This document shows, piece after piece, positions 28,317 through 38,011 of a stretch of 64,000 nucleotides of DNA; position 1 is the stretch's first letter; the number at the start of each line of letters is the position of its first letter. Below the pieces are notes generated by a model. The model was not told where the DNA came from. It worked only from the letters and a program-made list of their open reading frames with translations, and searched no databases. The stretch is from Methanobacteriota archaeon (GTDB taxonomy: Archaea; Thermoplasmatota; E2; DHVEG-1), in NCBI GenBank assembly GCA_963769885.1, contig CAVYNH010000007.1, forward strand, positions 96,001 to 160,000. Reading direction: 5' to 3'. The position numbers and the translations under genes were made by a program.

Positions 28317-29614
28317 CCCGCCACAGCGACAACCTGGCCCTCTCCCTGCTCTACGACACCCTCCTCTTCGCGGTCATGGTCAGCCTCTCCGCCGCCGTCC
28401 TCCTCCCCGCCCTCACCGACCCACACGCCCCCCTCGCTTCACTGGAAAAACACCGCGAGCTTGACGTGGACGATACCCTCCACACCCTCCTCGCCACCCG
28501 CCTCGACAACTTCTCCTACGCCTTCCTCGGCACCATCACCGACCACGTCGCCGACACCCTCGGCATCAACACCAGCTCGCAGGGCCTCTACGCCGAACTG
28601 CGCGCCTGGACCCTCGCCAACACCCCCCGCCACGAGACCTACGCCGCCCTCATCGCCGAAGACCTCACCAGCCAGCTGCGCATCCCCACCGGACCCACCA
28701 GCAACCTCAGACTCAACATCCTCACCGAAGACTACGACACCAGCCTACAGACCGCCCTCACCCACGACCTCAACCTTCGTCTCCAAGGACGCTACCACTA
28801 CAACCTCACCGCCCGCTGGCATCCCATCACCGGCCTCGCCCTCGGCGGCGACCTTACCGTCGGCCCCCCACCACCCCACCAGACCAGCCACGTCGCCACC
28901 CGCCACATCGCCGTTCCCCTCGCCCCCGCCATCCGCATCCACAACACCACCATCACCCTCACCCACCACGCCCTCGCCCACCAGCTTGACCTCATCAACC
29001 TCAGCAGCAACACCACCATCCCCCAGATCTCCAACCTCACCACCATCCTCAACGCCTACCTCCACCACACACCTCCCTACACCACCCGCCCACCAGCCGC
29101 AGACGCCATCACCGAAAACCTCACCAGCCTCCTCGACGCCTTCCTCATCGATGGCATCCACACCACCAACACCACCATCCTCCCCGGCATCGCCAACGTC
29201 ACCCTCGACGCCCTCCTCGCCCGCCTCACACAAGCCGCGACCAACACCAGCCTCAACGATACCCTCGGCGCCCTCACCGGCACCCTCAACCACATCCTCA
29301 CCGGACTTGCCAACACCACCGCACCACTCACCTCCGGACTCCTCGCCCCCCTCACCACCAGCCTCACTCACCTCCTCAACCAGACCGCCAACCTCCCGAT
29401 TCTGCTCACGACCGCGAAAGCCTGGATCCTGAACCAGACCCGCGCCGCCGCCCACCAGCTCCTCGCCCCCGCCATCACCACTCTCACCGACACCCTCCTC
29501 GAAGCCACCGACGGCCTCCACACCCTCACATTCCTCCTCAACCAGTGGCTCCTCGACCGCCTCGCGATCCAGACCGCCACCATCACCCTCACCCTCTGGA
29601 CCACACACCCATGA
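28313..29614 (+). CDS. pilin-like protein, second gene of operon
   Basis: DNLA/LSLLYDTLLFAVMVSLSAAVL, LTVGPPPP, C-terminal TITLTLW. ATGA overlaps on both sides. Confidence 0.7.
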   Translation: MTRHSDNLALSLLYDTLLFAVMVSLSAAVLLPALTDPHAPLASLEKHRELDVDDTLHTLLATRLDNFSYAFLGTITDHVADTLGINTSSQGLYAELRAWTLANTPRHETYAALIAEDLTSQLRIPTGPTSNLRLNILTEDYDTSLQTALTHDLNLRLQGRYHYNLTARWHPITGLALGGDLTVGPPPPHQTSHVATRHIAVPLAPAIRIHNTTITLTHHALAHQLDLINLSSNTTIPQISNLTTILNAYLHHTPPYTTRPPAADAITENLTSLLDAFLIDGIHTTNTTILPGIANVTLDALLARLTQAATNTSLNDTLGALTGTLNHILTGLANTTAPLTSGLLAPLTTSLTHLLNQTANLPILLTTAKAWILNQTRAAAHQLLAPAITTLTDTLLEATDGLHTLTFLLNQWLLDRLAIQTATITLTLWTTHP

Positions 29615-32319
29615 CCCTGAGAACCGACACCACCGCCCGCATCCCCTTCGCCATCCTCGGCATCTTCCTGCTCCTCGCCAGCAGCACCGCCTCCCTCCTC
29701 CTCATCCACCACCACACCCAGACCATCCCCCCCGCCGCCACCATCCTCGACCTCAACGCGATCACTAGACTCCGCCAGACCGCCGAAGCCGACCTCGCCA
29801 CCGCCCTCAACCGCATCGCCACCCAAGCCCTCACCCGCATCGGCCGCACCCCCGTCACCCACCCCCTCAAGGGCACCGCAGACACGGTCCTCTACGACCG
29901 CCTTCGCCACGCCATCCTCCCCAACCTCACCCAATACCTCCTCGCCCAGTACACCGACGACACCCACACCGACGGCACCTACGCCCTCAACATCCCCCTC
30001 ACCAACGACACCCCCACCCTCACCCCCGACCAGATCACCGTCACCACCCACCCCCTCACCCTCCACCGCACCACCATCCCCTACCTCGGACCACCGCCCA
30101 CAACCACCTCCCCCGCCTACCTCACCGCCACCCTCCCTCTCACCTTCATCCTCACCATCCACCACCACCCAACAAACCACACCGAACACGCCACCATCAC
30201 CACCCTCATCACCAGCCGTTACCCCCTCCTCGACCGCCTCACCACCGACTACCAAACCAGCCTCAGTGCCACCCCCGGCCCCCTCTGGACCTTCACGACC
30301 ACCACCGCCATCCTCTACACCCAACTCCGCGCCTGGAAACACCACCCCGCAGGAAACCCCGCAAACATCGTCGACAACCACCACCTCGCCCTCCTCCTCA
30401 ACGCCGGCCTCCAACTCACCACTGCCCTCACCTACCACAGCACCGACCCCCTCGCCCTCCTCAGCCTCCTCAGCCACACCAAAACCACCCTCGCCCAACC
30501 CGACCCCACCCCCCTCCAAGCCTTCAACCAACAAACCACCCCTACCGGCGCCACCTACCCCACCACCACCATCACCCACGACACCGCCAACCTAGACGCC
30601 GGCGACCCCACCAACACCACCATCCCCACCGGACCACCCCTCACCCTCACCGACATCGCCGACCCCATCCTCCACACCACCACCGCCCTCACCCTCCACT
30701 ACCACCGCCCACCCCACGACACCACCACCGACACCATCCCCTACGACACCCACACCGCACAGCATATCACCGACTCCCTCACCACCCACCACGCCCAAGG
30801 CTGGACCCTCACCACCATCACCAAAACACAGACAAACAACCAAACCACCGCCGCCGCTCTCCAAACCCTCGCCGCCACCATCTACCGCGACCAGATGCAC
30901 CTCCTCGTCGCCCGCCGCACCCAGATCGCCTACCACACCAACCCACCCGGCCCCCCCTGGCACGACGGCCCCCTCGGCCCCTGGACCCCCGCCCGCCTCC
31001 TCCCCGGCCCCAAACACATCACTATTCCCCCCAAAGGCACCGTCACCCCTGGCGCCGCTCTCGCCGACGAACACTACACCGTCACCTACCACCGCACCCA
31101 CAGCTACTGGAACACCACCGGCAACACCACCCAATGGGACAACCGCACCGACACCCTCACCGAAAACATCACCCTCACCACCATCCTCGACTGGACTAGC
31201 CTTATAACCAATACCCATGACGACATCACCGACATCCTCTACCACAACACCACCCTCGCCGACCCCAACCTCCACGACACCCTTACTACCTACCAAACCA
31301 CGCACCCCGACAGCCAATCAGAAAAACAACACCTCATCACCACCCGCAACAACACCGGCACCACCAGCCTCACCACCACCATCAACGGCACCATCCCCCC
31401 TTGGGTCATCCCAGAAACCTGGCACGCCCTCAACGACATCCTCTACACCCTCCAAACCCTCACCACCAACTGCAACGCCACCACCTACCCTTACCCCCCG
31501 ACCCTCATCGACCATGCAATCACAGACCTCACCACGCAACTCACCGACCATCTTCAAGAAATCCTCAACTACCGCCACTACCACCCTGGAACAGCCTACC
31601 TCAGCGTCGGTAAAAAAACCGTGTACTACGCCCGCGTCTGGTTCCTCGCCACCCTCAACGCCACCCTCAGCCAAACGCGCACCATCCTCCAAGAAAAACT
31701 CAACGACGCCATCACCAACGCCATCCCCACGACAAGCAACTACACTGCTGCCACCATCAACGACGCCCTCACCAACACCACCGACGCCCTCAAAGAAAAA
31801 TTCACGATCCCCTTCGCCACACCCATGAGCCTCACCAACACCCAGCAACCCGCATGGAACGAACCCATCCTTCTCGCCATCGACCAAACCCCCGACTACC
31901 TCAACCCCTACCAACCCATCAGATCAGGGACCGAAGAGACCTGGACCCTAAAACTACGCAACCGCTGCGTCTTTGGTCTTACCGGGCTACCGATCCTGCC
32001 CCCTTCGCCCGTCACCCCCTGGCTGCTCACCATGAACGCATGGATCATCGACGTCGAAGGGGAGTTCCTGAAACTCGAAATCATCGACGCTGATAACGAA
32101 GCCGCCTTCAACCCCCTTATCGGCCACTCCCCCCAAGCCTACATCAGGGAAGCACGTATCATTACCGATGGGACCACAATTCTCGGAGAAAACACGCGCG
32201 TCTCCTTCCATTTCACCACCCTAAGTCTCGCTGCAGTCCCACCCTTCGGCATGATGTGCGGTGACCTACAGCCAAATTGGGCAGACGACGCAACCCCAGG
32301 GTTTCTCGATATCTCATGA
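29611..32319 (+). CDS. large pilin-like/surface protein (ARIPFA N-terminus)
   Basis: DTTA/RIPFAILGIFLLLASS, and C-terminal QTPDYL...L.LRN...P..PVTPWLLTMNAW..DV.GEF...AVPP. Confidence 0.72.
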   Translation: MTLRTDTTARIPFAILGIFLLLASSTASLLLIHHHTQTIPPAATILDLNAITRLRQTAEADLATALNRIATQALTRIGRTPVTHPLKGTADTVLYDRLRHAILPNLTQYLLAQYTDDTHTDGTYALNIPLTNDTPTLTPDQITVTTHPLTLHRTTIPYLGPPPTTTSPAYLTATLPLTFILTIHHHPTNHTEHATITTLITSRYPLLDRLTTDYQTSLSATPGPLWTFTTTTAILYTQLRAWKHHPAGNPANIVDNHHLALLLNAGLQLTTALTYHSTDPLALLSLLSHTKTTLAQPDPTPLQAFNQQTTPTGATYPTTTITHDTANLDAGDPTNTTIPTGPPLTLTDIADPILHTTTALTLHYHRPPHDTTTDTIPYDTHTAQHITDSLTTHHAQGWTLTTITKTQTNNQTTAAALQTLAATIYRDQMHLLVARRTQIAYHTNPPGPPWHDGPLGPWTPARLLPGPKHITIPPKGTVTPGAALADEHYTVTYHRTHSYWNTTGNTTQWDNRTDTLTENITLTTILDWTSLITNTHDDITDILYHNTTLADPNLHDTLTTYQTTHPDSQSEKQHLITTRNNTGTTSLTTTINGTIPPWVIPETWHALNDILYTLQTLTTNCNATTYPYPPTLIDHAITDLTTQLTDHLQEILNYRHYHPGTAYLSVGKKTVYYARVWFLATLNATLSQTRTILQEKLNDAITNAIPTTSNYTAATINDALTNTTDALKEKFTIPFATPMSLTNTQQPAWNEPILLAIDQTPDYLNPYQPIRSGTEETWTLKLRNRCVFGLTGLPILPPSPVTPWLLTMNAWIIDVEGEFLKLEIIDADNEAAFNPLIGHSPQAYIREARIITDGTTILGENTRVSFHFTTLSLAAVPPFGMMCGDLQPNWADDATPGFLDIS

Positions 32320-32939
32320 TGTATCCCCCCCGATGGCTTATCCTCCTTCTGGTTCTCTGCCTCCCTCTTGTCTCAAATCCTAAAGCAATCGCAGGATCCT
32401 GCGAATATGGCTCATGCCACGCCTGGATCCGAATCAATCATGGGTCCTGGCAGCCTGCCACTATCCATCCACGATTACACCCCGGGGAGACTTTTGAAAT
32501 CATCATCAAGATTCATCCGATAATCCCGACAGCTGCCATATTTTGCAGACTTTACGAATTTGGGACGCCAGTCTACGAAGTCACCGAAGGGCCATCACCA
32601 CTCAATACTCTGATCTCCGACGTGAGCAATTCAATGGATGCTGAGCTGACGTACTACTGGGTTATTCGTGTCTTGACAGACACACAATGGATCAACGGCA
32701 CGGCGCCGCTTGAGGTCTTCACCCAGTTCTCAGCAGTGAATGGCTCTACCCAAATTCTATCCTTTGATGTCCTCTGCGCGTTCATTGAAGACACCGGCAG
32801 ATCTTCATATCAAGCAGATGAAGCCCCCATTCAGGAATCACCCCCCTATACCTCCATTCTAATATATTGTAAAAACCTCATGGTTCTATTGTTTTTTGGA
32901 ATCGTCATCATCTTTTCAAGAAAGAAAAATACGAAATAA
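32316..32939 (+). CDS. sarcinarray-family-like surface protein
   Basis: Signal peptide, GS.HAW, L.PGE.F.I, YEV.EGPS, W.NGTAPLEVF.QF, then C-terminal TM and basic tail. Recognised from memory of the family. Confidence 0.6.
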   Translation: MMYPPRWLILLLVLCLPLVSNPKAIAGSCEYGSCHAWIRINHGSWQPATIHPRLHPGETFEIIIKIHPIIPTAAIFCRLYEFGTPVYEVTEGPSPLNTLISDVSNSMDAELTYYWVIRVLTDTQWINGTAPLEVFTQFSAVNGSTQILSFDVLCAFIEDTGRSSYQADEAPIQESPPYTSILIYCKNLMVLLFFGIVIIFSRKKNTK

Positions 32940-32955
32940 TCAATGGTATTTCGTA

Positions 32956-34335
32956 TTATCGAAAAGAGGAGAGGAACGCGCGAAGGAAGGAAGAATCATT
33001 CCTGCGCAGTGTCGATGATAAAAGCCGAATGCCATATTGAGGCCGGAGATAATACGCAAACTGGGCAGCTTGACAGCGTTGCACCAATTGTTTCTCGGTG
33101 AGCAGCGAGAGGCCGCGGTTCGAATCCGCAATGACGATGTACTCGTCCTCCGAGATTTTCCCCTCCTTTCGAGCCTCATCCCACAGCTCGGATCCTACCA
33201 TATACCGCAAAGGAAGAAAAGAAACAGAGTCAAACGGTAGTTTTTTCGCGAACCGTAGCGTCTCACGCATCTGCCCCACGGTTTCAGCTGGTGCTCCGAA
33301 GATGAACGATCCAATAGTGATGAAGCCCATTTCATGGCTGAGCCGTATGGTCGCCTCGATTTGTTCGACGGTGGTCTGTTTATGGTAGAAATCAAGGATT
33401 TCCTGGCAGCCAGATTCGCAGCCGAACTGGACGGACACCACTCCGGCCCGCTTCATCTTCCGGTAAAGAACCGGGTCAGCGAGATCCACTCGTGCTGCAG
33501 TTACGATGAATTTAAGGTCAAGGTTCTCCTTTAATATTGCGTCGAACAGGGCATGGGCGCGGGGAAGCGGTGGCGGGAAGCAGTCGTCCATGATCGCGAC
33601 AATACGATACCCTGCTGTCTGGATGGCATGGAGCTCTCGTATGATGCTGGGAATGAAGTGGGGGCGGTAGCGGCGGGCGCTCAGCGACGTCCGTGAACAG
33701 AATCGACAGGAATAGGGGCAGCCTCGGCTGGTGATCAGGGAGGTGAGCTCCCCGGCTTTGATTCGAGGATCATAGAAACGTCCATAGGTGTAATGGCGCA
33801 CGAGGTCTCGTGCGGGAAACGGGAGGGTCTCAAGATCGTTGCAGGGACGAGCTGAAGGCCCGGCTTGGATGCCGTTTCGAGTTCGTGTCCATAGTCCGGG
33901 AATGGGGGCAGTTGTTGTTCCGAGGATGAGTCCTCTAAGTCTGCGGATGGGTTCTTCTCCGTCGCCTTGGACGCAGGACCGTGCCGGGGCCGCCGTCAGA
34001 GTTTTTTCGGGGAAGAGGGTGGCATGAGGCCCGCCGAGCACAATGGGCAAAGAGGGATCGATACTGTGGATGGTTTGTACTATTTCAGAAATATGAGAAA
34101 GAGCGGGGGTGAGCGTCGTCATGCCGACAAGATCTGCATTAGTAATGGATCGGGCGAGGGCTTCTGCGGTGTAGGGTTCCGCAGTGAAGTCGATGACGCG
34201 GACGGTGTCGCCTGCTTCTCGCAGAATGCTGGCGAGGTAGAGAAGGCCGAGGGGCGGGGCGAGTCCTCCGCTGGTGCTTTTGCCCTGATGGATGAAGAAG
34301 GGGATGAGGCGGGGATAGAGTAGGACGACGTTGAT
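32956..34335 (-). CDS. cobalamin-binding radical SAM protein (probable ATC start)
   Basis: 71 extra in-frame codons upstream of the track ATG give (M)NVVLLYP...APPLGLLYLASILREAGDTVRVIDF. Also GGPHAT and SRGCPYSCRFC. Confidence 0.9.
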   Translation of the reverse strand: MNVVLLYPRLIPFFIHQGKSTSGGLAPPLGLLYLASILREAGDTVRVIDFTAEPYTAEALARSITNADLVGMTTLTPALSHISEIVQTIHSIDPSLPIVLGGPHATLFPEKTLTAAPARSCVQGDGEEPIRRLRGLILGTTTAPIPGLWTRTRNGIQAGPSARPCNDLETLPFPARDLVRHYTYGRFYDPRIKAGELTSLITSRGCPYSCRFCSRTSLSARRYRPHFIPSIIRELHAIQTAGYRIVAIMDDCFPPPLPRAHALFDAILKENLDLKFIVTAARVDLADPVLYRKMKRAGVVSVQFGCESGCQEILDFYHKQTTVEQIEATIRLSHEMGFITIGSFIFGAPAETVGQMRETLRFAKKLPFDSVSFLPLRYMVGSELWDEARKEGKISEDEYIVIADSNRGLSLLTEKQLVQRCQAAQFAYYLRPQYGIRLLSSTLRRNDSSFLRAFLSSFR

Positions 34336-34404
34336 GGCTGAGCCGCTCCTTGTTGAAGGAGGATGCAGAAGGTGCTTGATATATTATTTGCGTAATGTTT
34401 TTTC

Positions 34405-37287
34405 TTAGTAGAGCCTGAGGAGGTCGGTAAGGATGGCGTCGTTGTCTTCGTCTGTGGTGAGTTGGTAGCGGCGGGGGATCCAGCCATGTTTGCGTAGTTC
34501 GTTGTTGTCGCGATGGTGGTCTTGGGTGGTGGGGATTGTGGTGAGGATGATGGCGTAGCGTCGGCTGTTGATGGTGAGGGTGAGGTCGAGCGGGATGGGG
34601 GTGGTGCCTGGGGGTGGTTGGCTGAAGGGGAGTCCGCTGGTTTCGAGCTGGCGGAGGAGGCGCTGTGTGTGCGGGTTTTGTGGGGTGGTGGTGTGGGTGA
34701 GGGCGTCGGCGTAGTGGGCGAGGTCGGCGAGGGGGCCGGGTGTTTTGGCGCAGGTGGTTTTGTCGCCGATGATGATGAGGTGGGTGCGGGCGCGGGAGAC
34801 GGCGACGTTGATGAGTTGTCTGGTGGTCCAGATCCAGTAGAGGGTGCCGGGTTTGGCGCCGGTGCTGATGGCGGGGGAGAGGATGATGATGTCGCGTTCG
34901 TCGCCTTGGAAGCGGTGGGCGGTGCCGACGGTGATGGAAAGGTTTTGGAGGTGGGGGGTTTGGGCGATTTTATCGGCGATGAGGTCGGCGTGAGCGCGGA
35001 AAAGAGTGACCACGCCGAGGCTGGGTGGTTTGGTTTGATGTTGGAAGTGGGTGTAGAGGGTGGTGAGGAGGTCGATGCAGGCTTGGGCTTCTTGTTCATT
35101 GTAGGGGCTGGCCGTGGTGGTGGTGTGGCCGGTGGTGTGGTGCCAGGTGAGGTGTGTGGGGGTGTCGGGGAGCGTGGAGGAGGATTGGTTGTGGGTCATG
35201 ATAGTGAGGTGGCCATGATAGTAGTGGAGGTTGGAGTAGGTGATGATGTCGGGGTGGCAGCGGTAGTGTTCGTTGAGGAGGATAGGGTGGCGGTGATTGG
35301 TGGTGAGGATGTCGGCGATGAGGTTGTAGAGGCTGTGGGTGGTGTAGGCGTAGCGGTCGAGGTGATGGGCGGCGTGGTGGTGGTCTGCGGTGAGGTGGTC
35401 GTCGGTGGTGGTGAGGAGGCTGACGTGGCGGAGTTGGTTGGGGTCGCCGATGATGACGGCGTGTTTGGCGCGGTAGAGGAGGGGTAGCGCGCTGGGGATG
35501 TCGCATTGGCTGGCTTCGTCGATGATGAGGAGGTCGAAGAGGTTGTTTTCGAGGGGGAGGCTGCGGTGGGCGGAGAGGTTGGTGACGACCCAGATGGGGA
35601 GGTTGGGGAGGGTGTGACGGAAGGCGTGGGTGCGTTGGCGGGTGCGGGTGGCGAGTTCGTCTGGGTTTGTGGGGTCTGGGTCTGCGGTGAGGTCGAGGTA
35701 GGTGGTGAGGTGGCGTTGGGTGGTGGGATCGTGGTGGAGGGTGCGGAGCCAGTGGTCGGTGAGGAGGGTACGGGCGAGGGTTTGGCGGTGGTGTTGGAGG
35801 GTGTGGGTGTCGGTGAGGAGGTGGGGGACGGTGGGGGTGGTGTGGAGGCGGGTGGTGATTGCTTGGAGTGTGGTTTTGTGTTCTTGGAGGTGGTGGAGGT
35901 CGGTGAGGGTTCGCAGGGTGGTTGCCATGTGATCTGGGGTGTCTTCATGGATGGTCATGAGGGTGTCGTGGAGTGGGGTGGGGAGGCGGGTGAGGTGGCG
36001 GTGGTAGCAGGCGTGCTGTCGGCGGCGGGTCCAAGGGAGGTGGTGGCGGGGGGTGGCGGGGAAGTAGCGGTGGAGGTCGCGGTCGAGGTCGGGGTCGTGG
36101 TAGGCGGGGGTTTTGGTCAGGGTCTGGTAGAGGGCTGGGGGGAGGCGGGCGGCGTGGGTGTCGAGGGCGGTGAGGGTGGTGTCGAGTTGGTGGTTGAGGT
36201 GGGCGATGTCGTGGAGCTGGCGGCGGATGTGGGTGAGGCGGGTGGAGAGCCCGGCGTATTCTTGGTGGTCGGTGGGGGTGGCTGGTGGGGCGGGGAGGTC
36301 GGTGAGGAGGGTGTGGCAGGCGGCGGCGGTTTGTTGGCGGATGGCGCGGTGGCCCATGCGGATGGCGAGGGGGCGGGGGAGGATGGCGTTGAGTTTGTCG
36401 ACGACGACGTCGACGGCTTTGTTGTTTTTGCTGGCGAAGAGGACGGTCTGGTGGTGGGTGACGGCGTTGGCGATGATGTTGAGGACGACTTGAGATTTGC
36501 CGGTGCCGGGGGGGCCGGTGATGAGGGTGAGGGGGCTTTGGAGGGCGTTGGCGACGGCGTGTTCCTGGGCGTCGTTCATGAGGAAGACTTCGAGGAGGTC
36601 GGGAGGTGTGGTGATGGTGGTCTGGGGGGCGTCGTCGGTGAGGAGGGGGTAGAGGGCGGTGTGGGCGAGGTTGTCGAAGGGTTTGTGTTGGAGCTGGTGG
36701 AGTTCGCGGATGAGGCTGGCGGTCATCCCGGTCTTGTCTGCGTAGGCGAGGAGGGCGCCGGTGCAGAGGCGTGGTCCGCTGTGGGTCTGATCGTCTGGTG
36801 GAGTGAGGGGGAGTTTGAGGAGGGCGGCGAGCTGGGCGCAGGCCTGGTCGAGGGGGAGTGATTCGAGGTCCTGGCGGATGTGTTGGATTTCTTCGGTGGT
36901 GTAGCCTTGGGTGCAGAGGACGGCGGGGTTGAGGCTGGCTGGCTCTGAGGCGGTGAGCTGCAGGGTGGCGTCGTTTGTGGTGATTTCGACGGGGAGCATG
37001 AGGGTGGGGATGCGTCGGTTGTCTCTGTCGATGAGGTAGGGGGTGGTGTAGTAGAGCTGTTTTTTCTCGGCGTGGCGGCCGGCGTGGAGGAATCGGGCGA
37101 GCGGTTCGGTGAGAGGTAGATAAAGCGTGGGGGTCTGGCGTGTGAGGAAGGTGGGGTCTGCGGCGAGCGGGTGGAAGAGTCGTCCTTCGCTGTGGGCGTC
37201 GAAGGTGAGGGCGAGGGCGTCTTCCTTGGCCAGGCAGGCGATATAGTACTGGAGTAGTACCTCGAAGTCTTTGGCGGACTGTATCAC
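34405..37287 (-). CDS. SF1 (DNA2/NAM7/Upf1-like) helicase with degenerate C-terminal Vsr/DUF559-like domain
   Basis: GPPGTGKS, SKNNKAVD, IIDEASQ, GDPNQL, EHYRC, HRFQGDE and NVAVSRAR. GTG start after GGGAG. Confidence 0.88.
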   Translation of the reverse strand: MIQSAKDFEVLLQYYIACLAKEDALALTFDAHSEGRLFHPLAADPTFLTRQTPTLYLPLTEPLARFLHAGRHAEKKQLYYTTPYLIDRDNRRIPTLMLPVEITTNDATLQLTASEPASLNPAVLCTQGYTTEEIQHIRQDLESLPLDQACAQLAALLKLPLTPPDDQTHSGPRLCTGALLAYADKTGMTASLIRELHQLQHKPFDNLAHTALYPLLTDDAPQTTITTPPDLLEVFLMNDAQEHAVANALQSPLTLITGPPGTGKSQVVLNIIANAVTHHQTVLFASKNNKAVDVVVDKLNAILPRPLAIRMGHRAIRQQTAAACHTLLTDLPAPPATPTDHQEYAGLSTRLTHIRRQLHDIAHLNHQLDTTLTALDTHAARLPPALYQTLTKTPAYHDPDLDRDLHRYFPATPRHHLPWTRRRQHACYHRHLTRLPTPLHDTLMTIHEDTPDHMATTLRTLTDLHHLQEHKTTLQAITTRLHTTPTVPHLLTDTHTLQHHRQTLARTLLTDHWLRTLHHDPTTQRHLTTYLDLTADPDPTNPDELATRTRQRTHAFRHTLPNLPIWVVTNLSAHRSLPLENNLFDLLIIDEASQCDIPSALPLLYRAKHAVIIGDPNQLRHVSLLTTTDDHLTADHHHAAHHLDRYAYTTHSLYNLIADILTTNHRHPILLNEHYRCHPDIITYSNLHYYHGHLTIMTHNQSSSTLPDTPTHLTWHHTTGHTTTTASPYNEQEAQACIDLLTTLYTHFQHQTKPPSLGVVTLFRAHADLIADKIAQTPHLQNLSITVGTAHRFQGDERDIIILSPAISTGAKPGTLYWIWTTRQLINVAVSRARTHLIIIGDKTTCAKTPGPLADLAHYADALTHTTTPQNPHTQRLLRQLETSGLPFSQPPPGTTPIPLDLTLTINSRRYAIILTTIPTTQDHHRDNNELRKHGWIPRRYQLTTDEDNDAILTDLLRLY

Positions 37288-37422
37288 GGTGTTGAAGCTC
37301 CCAGACAAATTCGGATTTGTATATTTTTTGACAATATTAATCTTCCTTTCTGGCGTAAAGCCAGGATTTTATAAAGCCGCTGCCGATTCAGGGTCTCATC
37401 GTGAGTCTCAGGGGAATCGTTG

Positions 37423-37965
37423 ATGGAATTTCAGCAGGTTGTCCAGGCCCGTCGAAGTGTACGGAGTTTTCAGAAGGCGCCGGTGGAGGAGGAGAAGCTG
37501 CAGTACGTGCTGGAGTGCGCCCGGCTCGCGCCGTCATGGCGGAATGGGCAGTGTTGGCGGTTCATCGTCGTCCGTGACCCAGAGATGAGGAAGAGGATTG
37601 CGACGACGAGTCCTTTGAATACCTGGTTGAAGACCGCGCCGGTCATCCTGGTGGCATGCGCGGATCCACGGGACAGCGGGCGCCGCCGCGGCATTGACTA
37701 TCTCGCCGTTGATGTCGGCATCGCCTTTGAGCATCTGATGCTCGCAGCCGCCGACGTCGGACTGGGGACCTGCTGGCTAGGCGCCTTTGACGAAAAAAGG
37801 ATCAAAGAGGCGTTGAAGATCTCGGAGCGGATTAAGGTCGTCGCCCTCTCGCCGCTCGGCTATCCTGCGCAACGGCCGTCGCTGCGCGCCCGACTTACGT
37901 CCGCGGTCGCCAGAAGCAAAAAACGCAAGCCGCTCGCCGATATCGTCCACTATGACCGTTGGTGA
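37423..37965 (+). CDS. nitroreductase family protein
   Basis: RRSVRSF, APSWRNGQCWRF and GLGTCWLG. Confidence 0.92.
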   Translation: MEFQQVVQARRSVRSFQKAPVEEEKLQYVLECARLAPSWRNGQCWRFIVVRDPEMRKRIATTSPLNTWLKTAPVILVACADPRDSGRRRGIDYLAVDVGIAFEHLMLAAADVGLGTCWLGAFDEKRIKEALKISERIKVVALSPLGYPAQRPSLRARLTSAVARSKKRKPLADIVHYDRW

Positions 37966-38011
37966 GGGGGACATGGTTTTAAATTCGGTCGTCTTCTTTC
38001 CTGCCCCGCCC

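Noticed and set aside
29600-31800. CRISPR array, tandem repeat or telomere-like tract in ACC/CAC-rich DNA
   Set aside because: No fixed repeat unit or spacing. It is low-complexity coding sequence.
28461-36861. Many long alternative-frame or antisense ORFs (e.g. 28461-29432, 29368-30579, 35506-36861; also 60166-61524 and 61681-63090)
   Set aside because: These are G/V/E- or P/S/T-rich shadows of skewed real genes. Stop codons are rare by composition and no motifs are present.
37256-37262. AGTACC near the helicase 5' end (and at about 20014) as further frameshifts
   Set aside because: Both frames are continuous and sensible through the site.
28100-37300. Horizontal transfer as the cause of compositional patches
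   Set aside because: The same patches cover core genes (ileS, pheT, mptA, folD, pyrD) and fade mid-gene.
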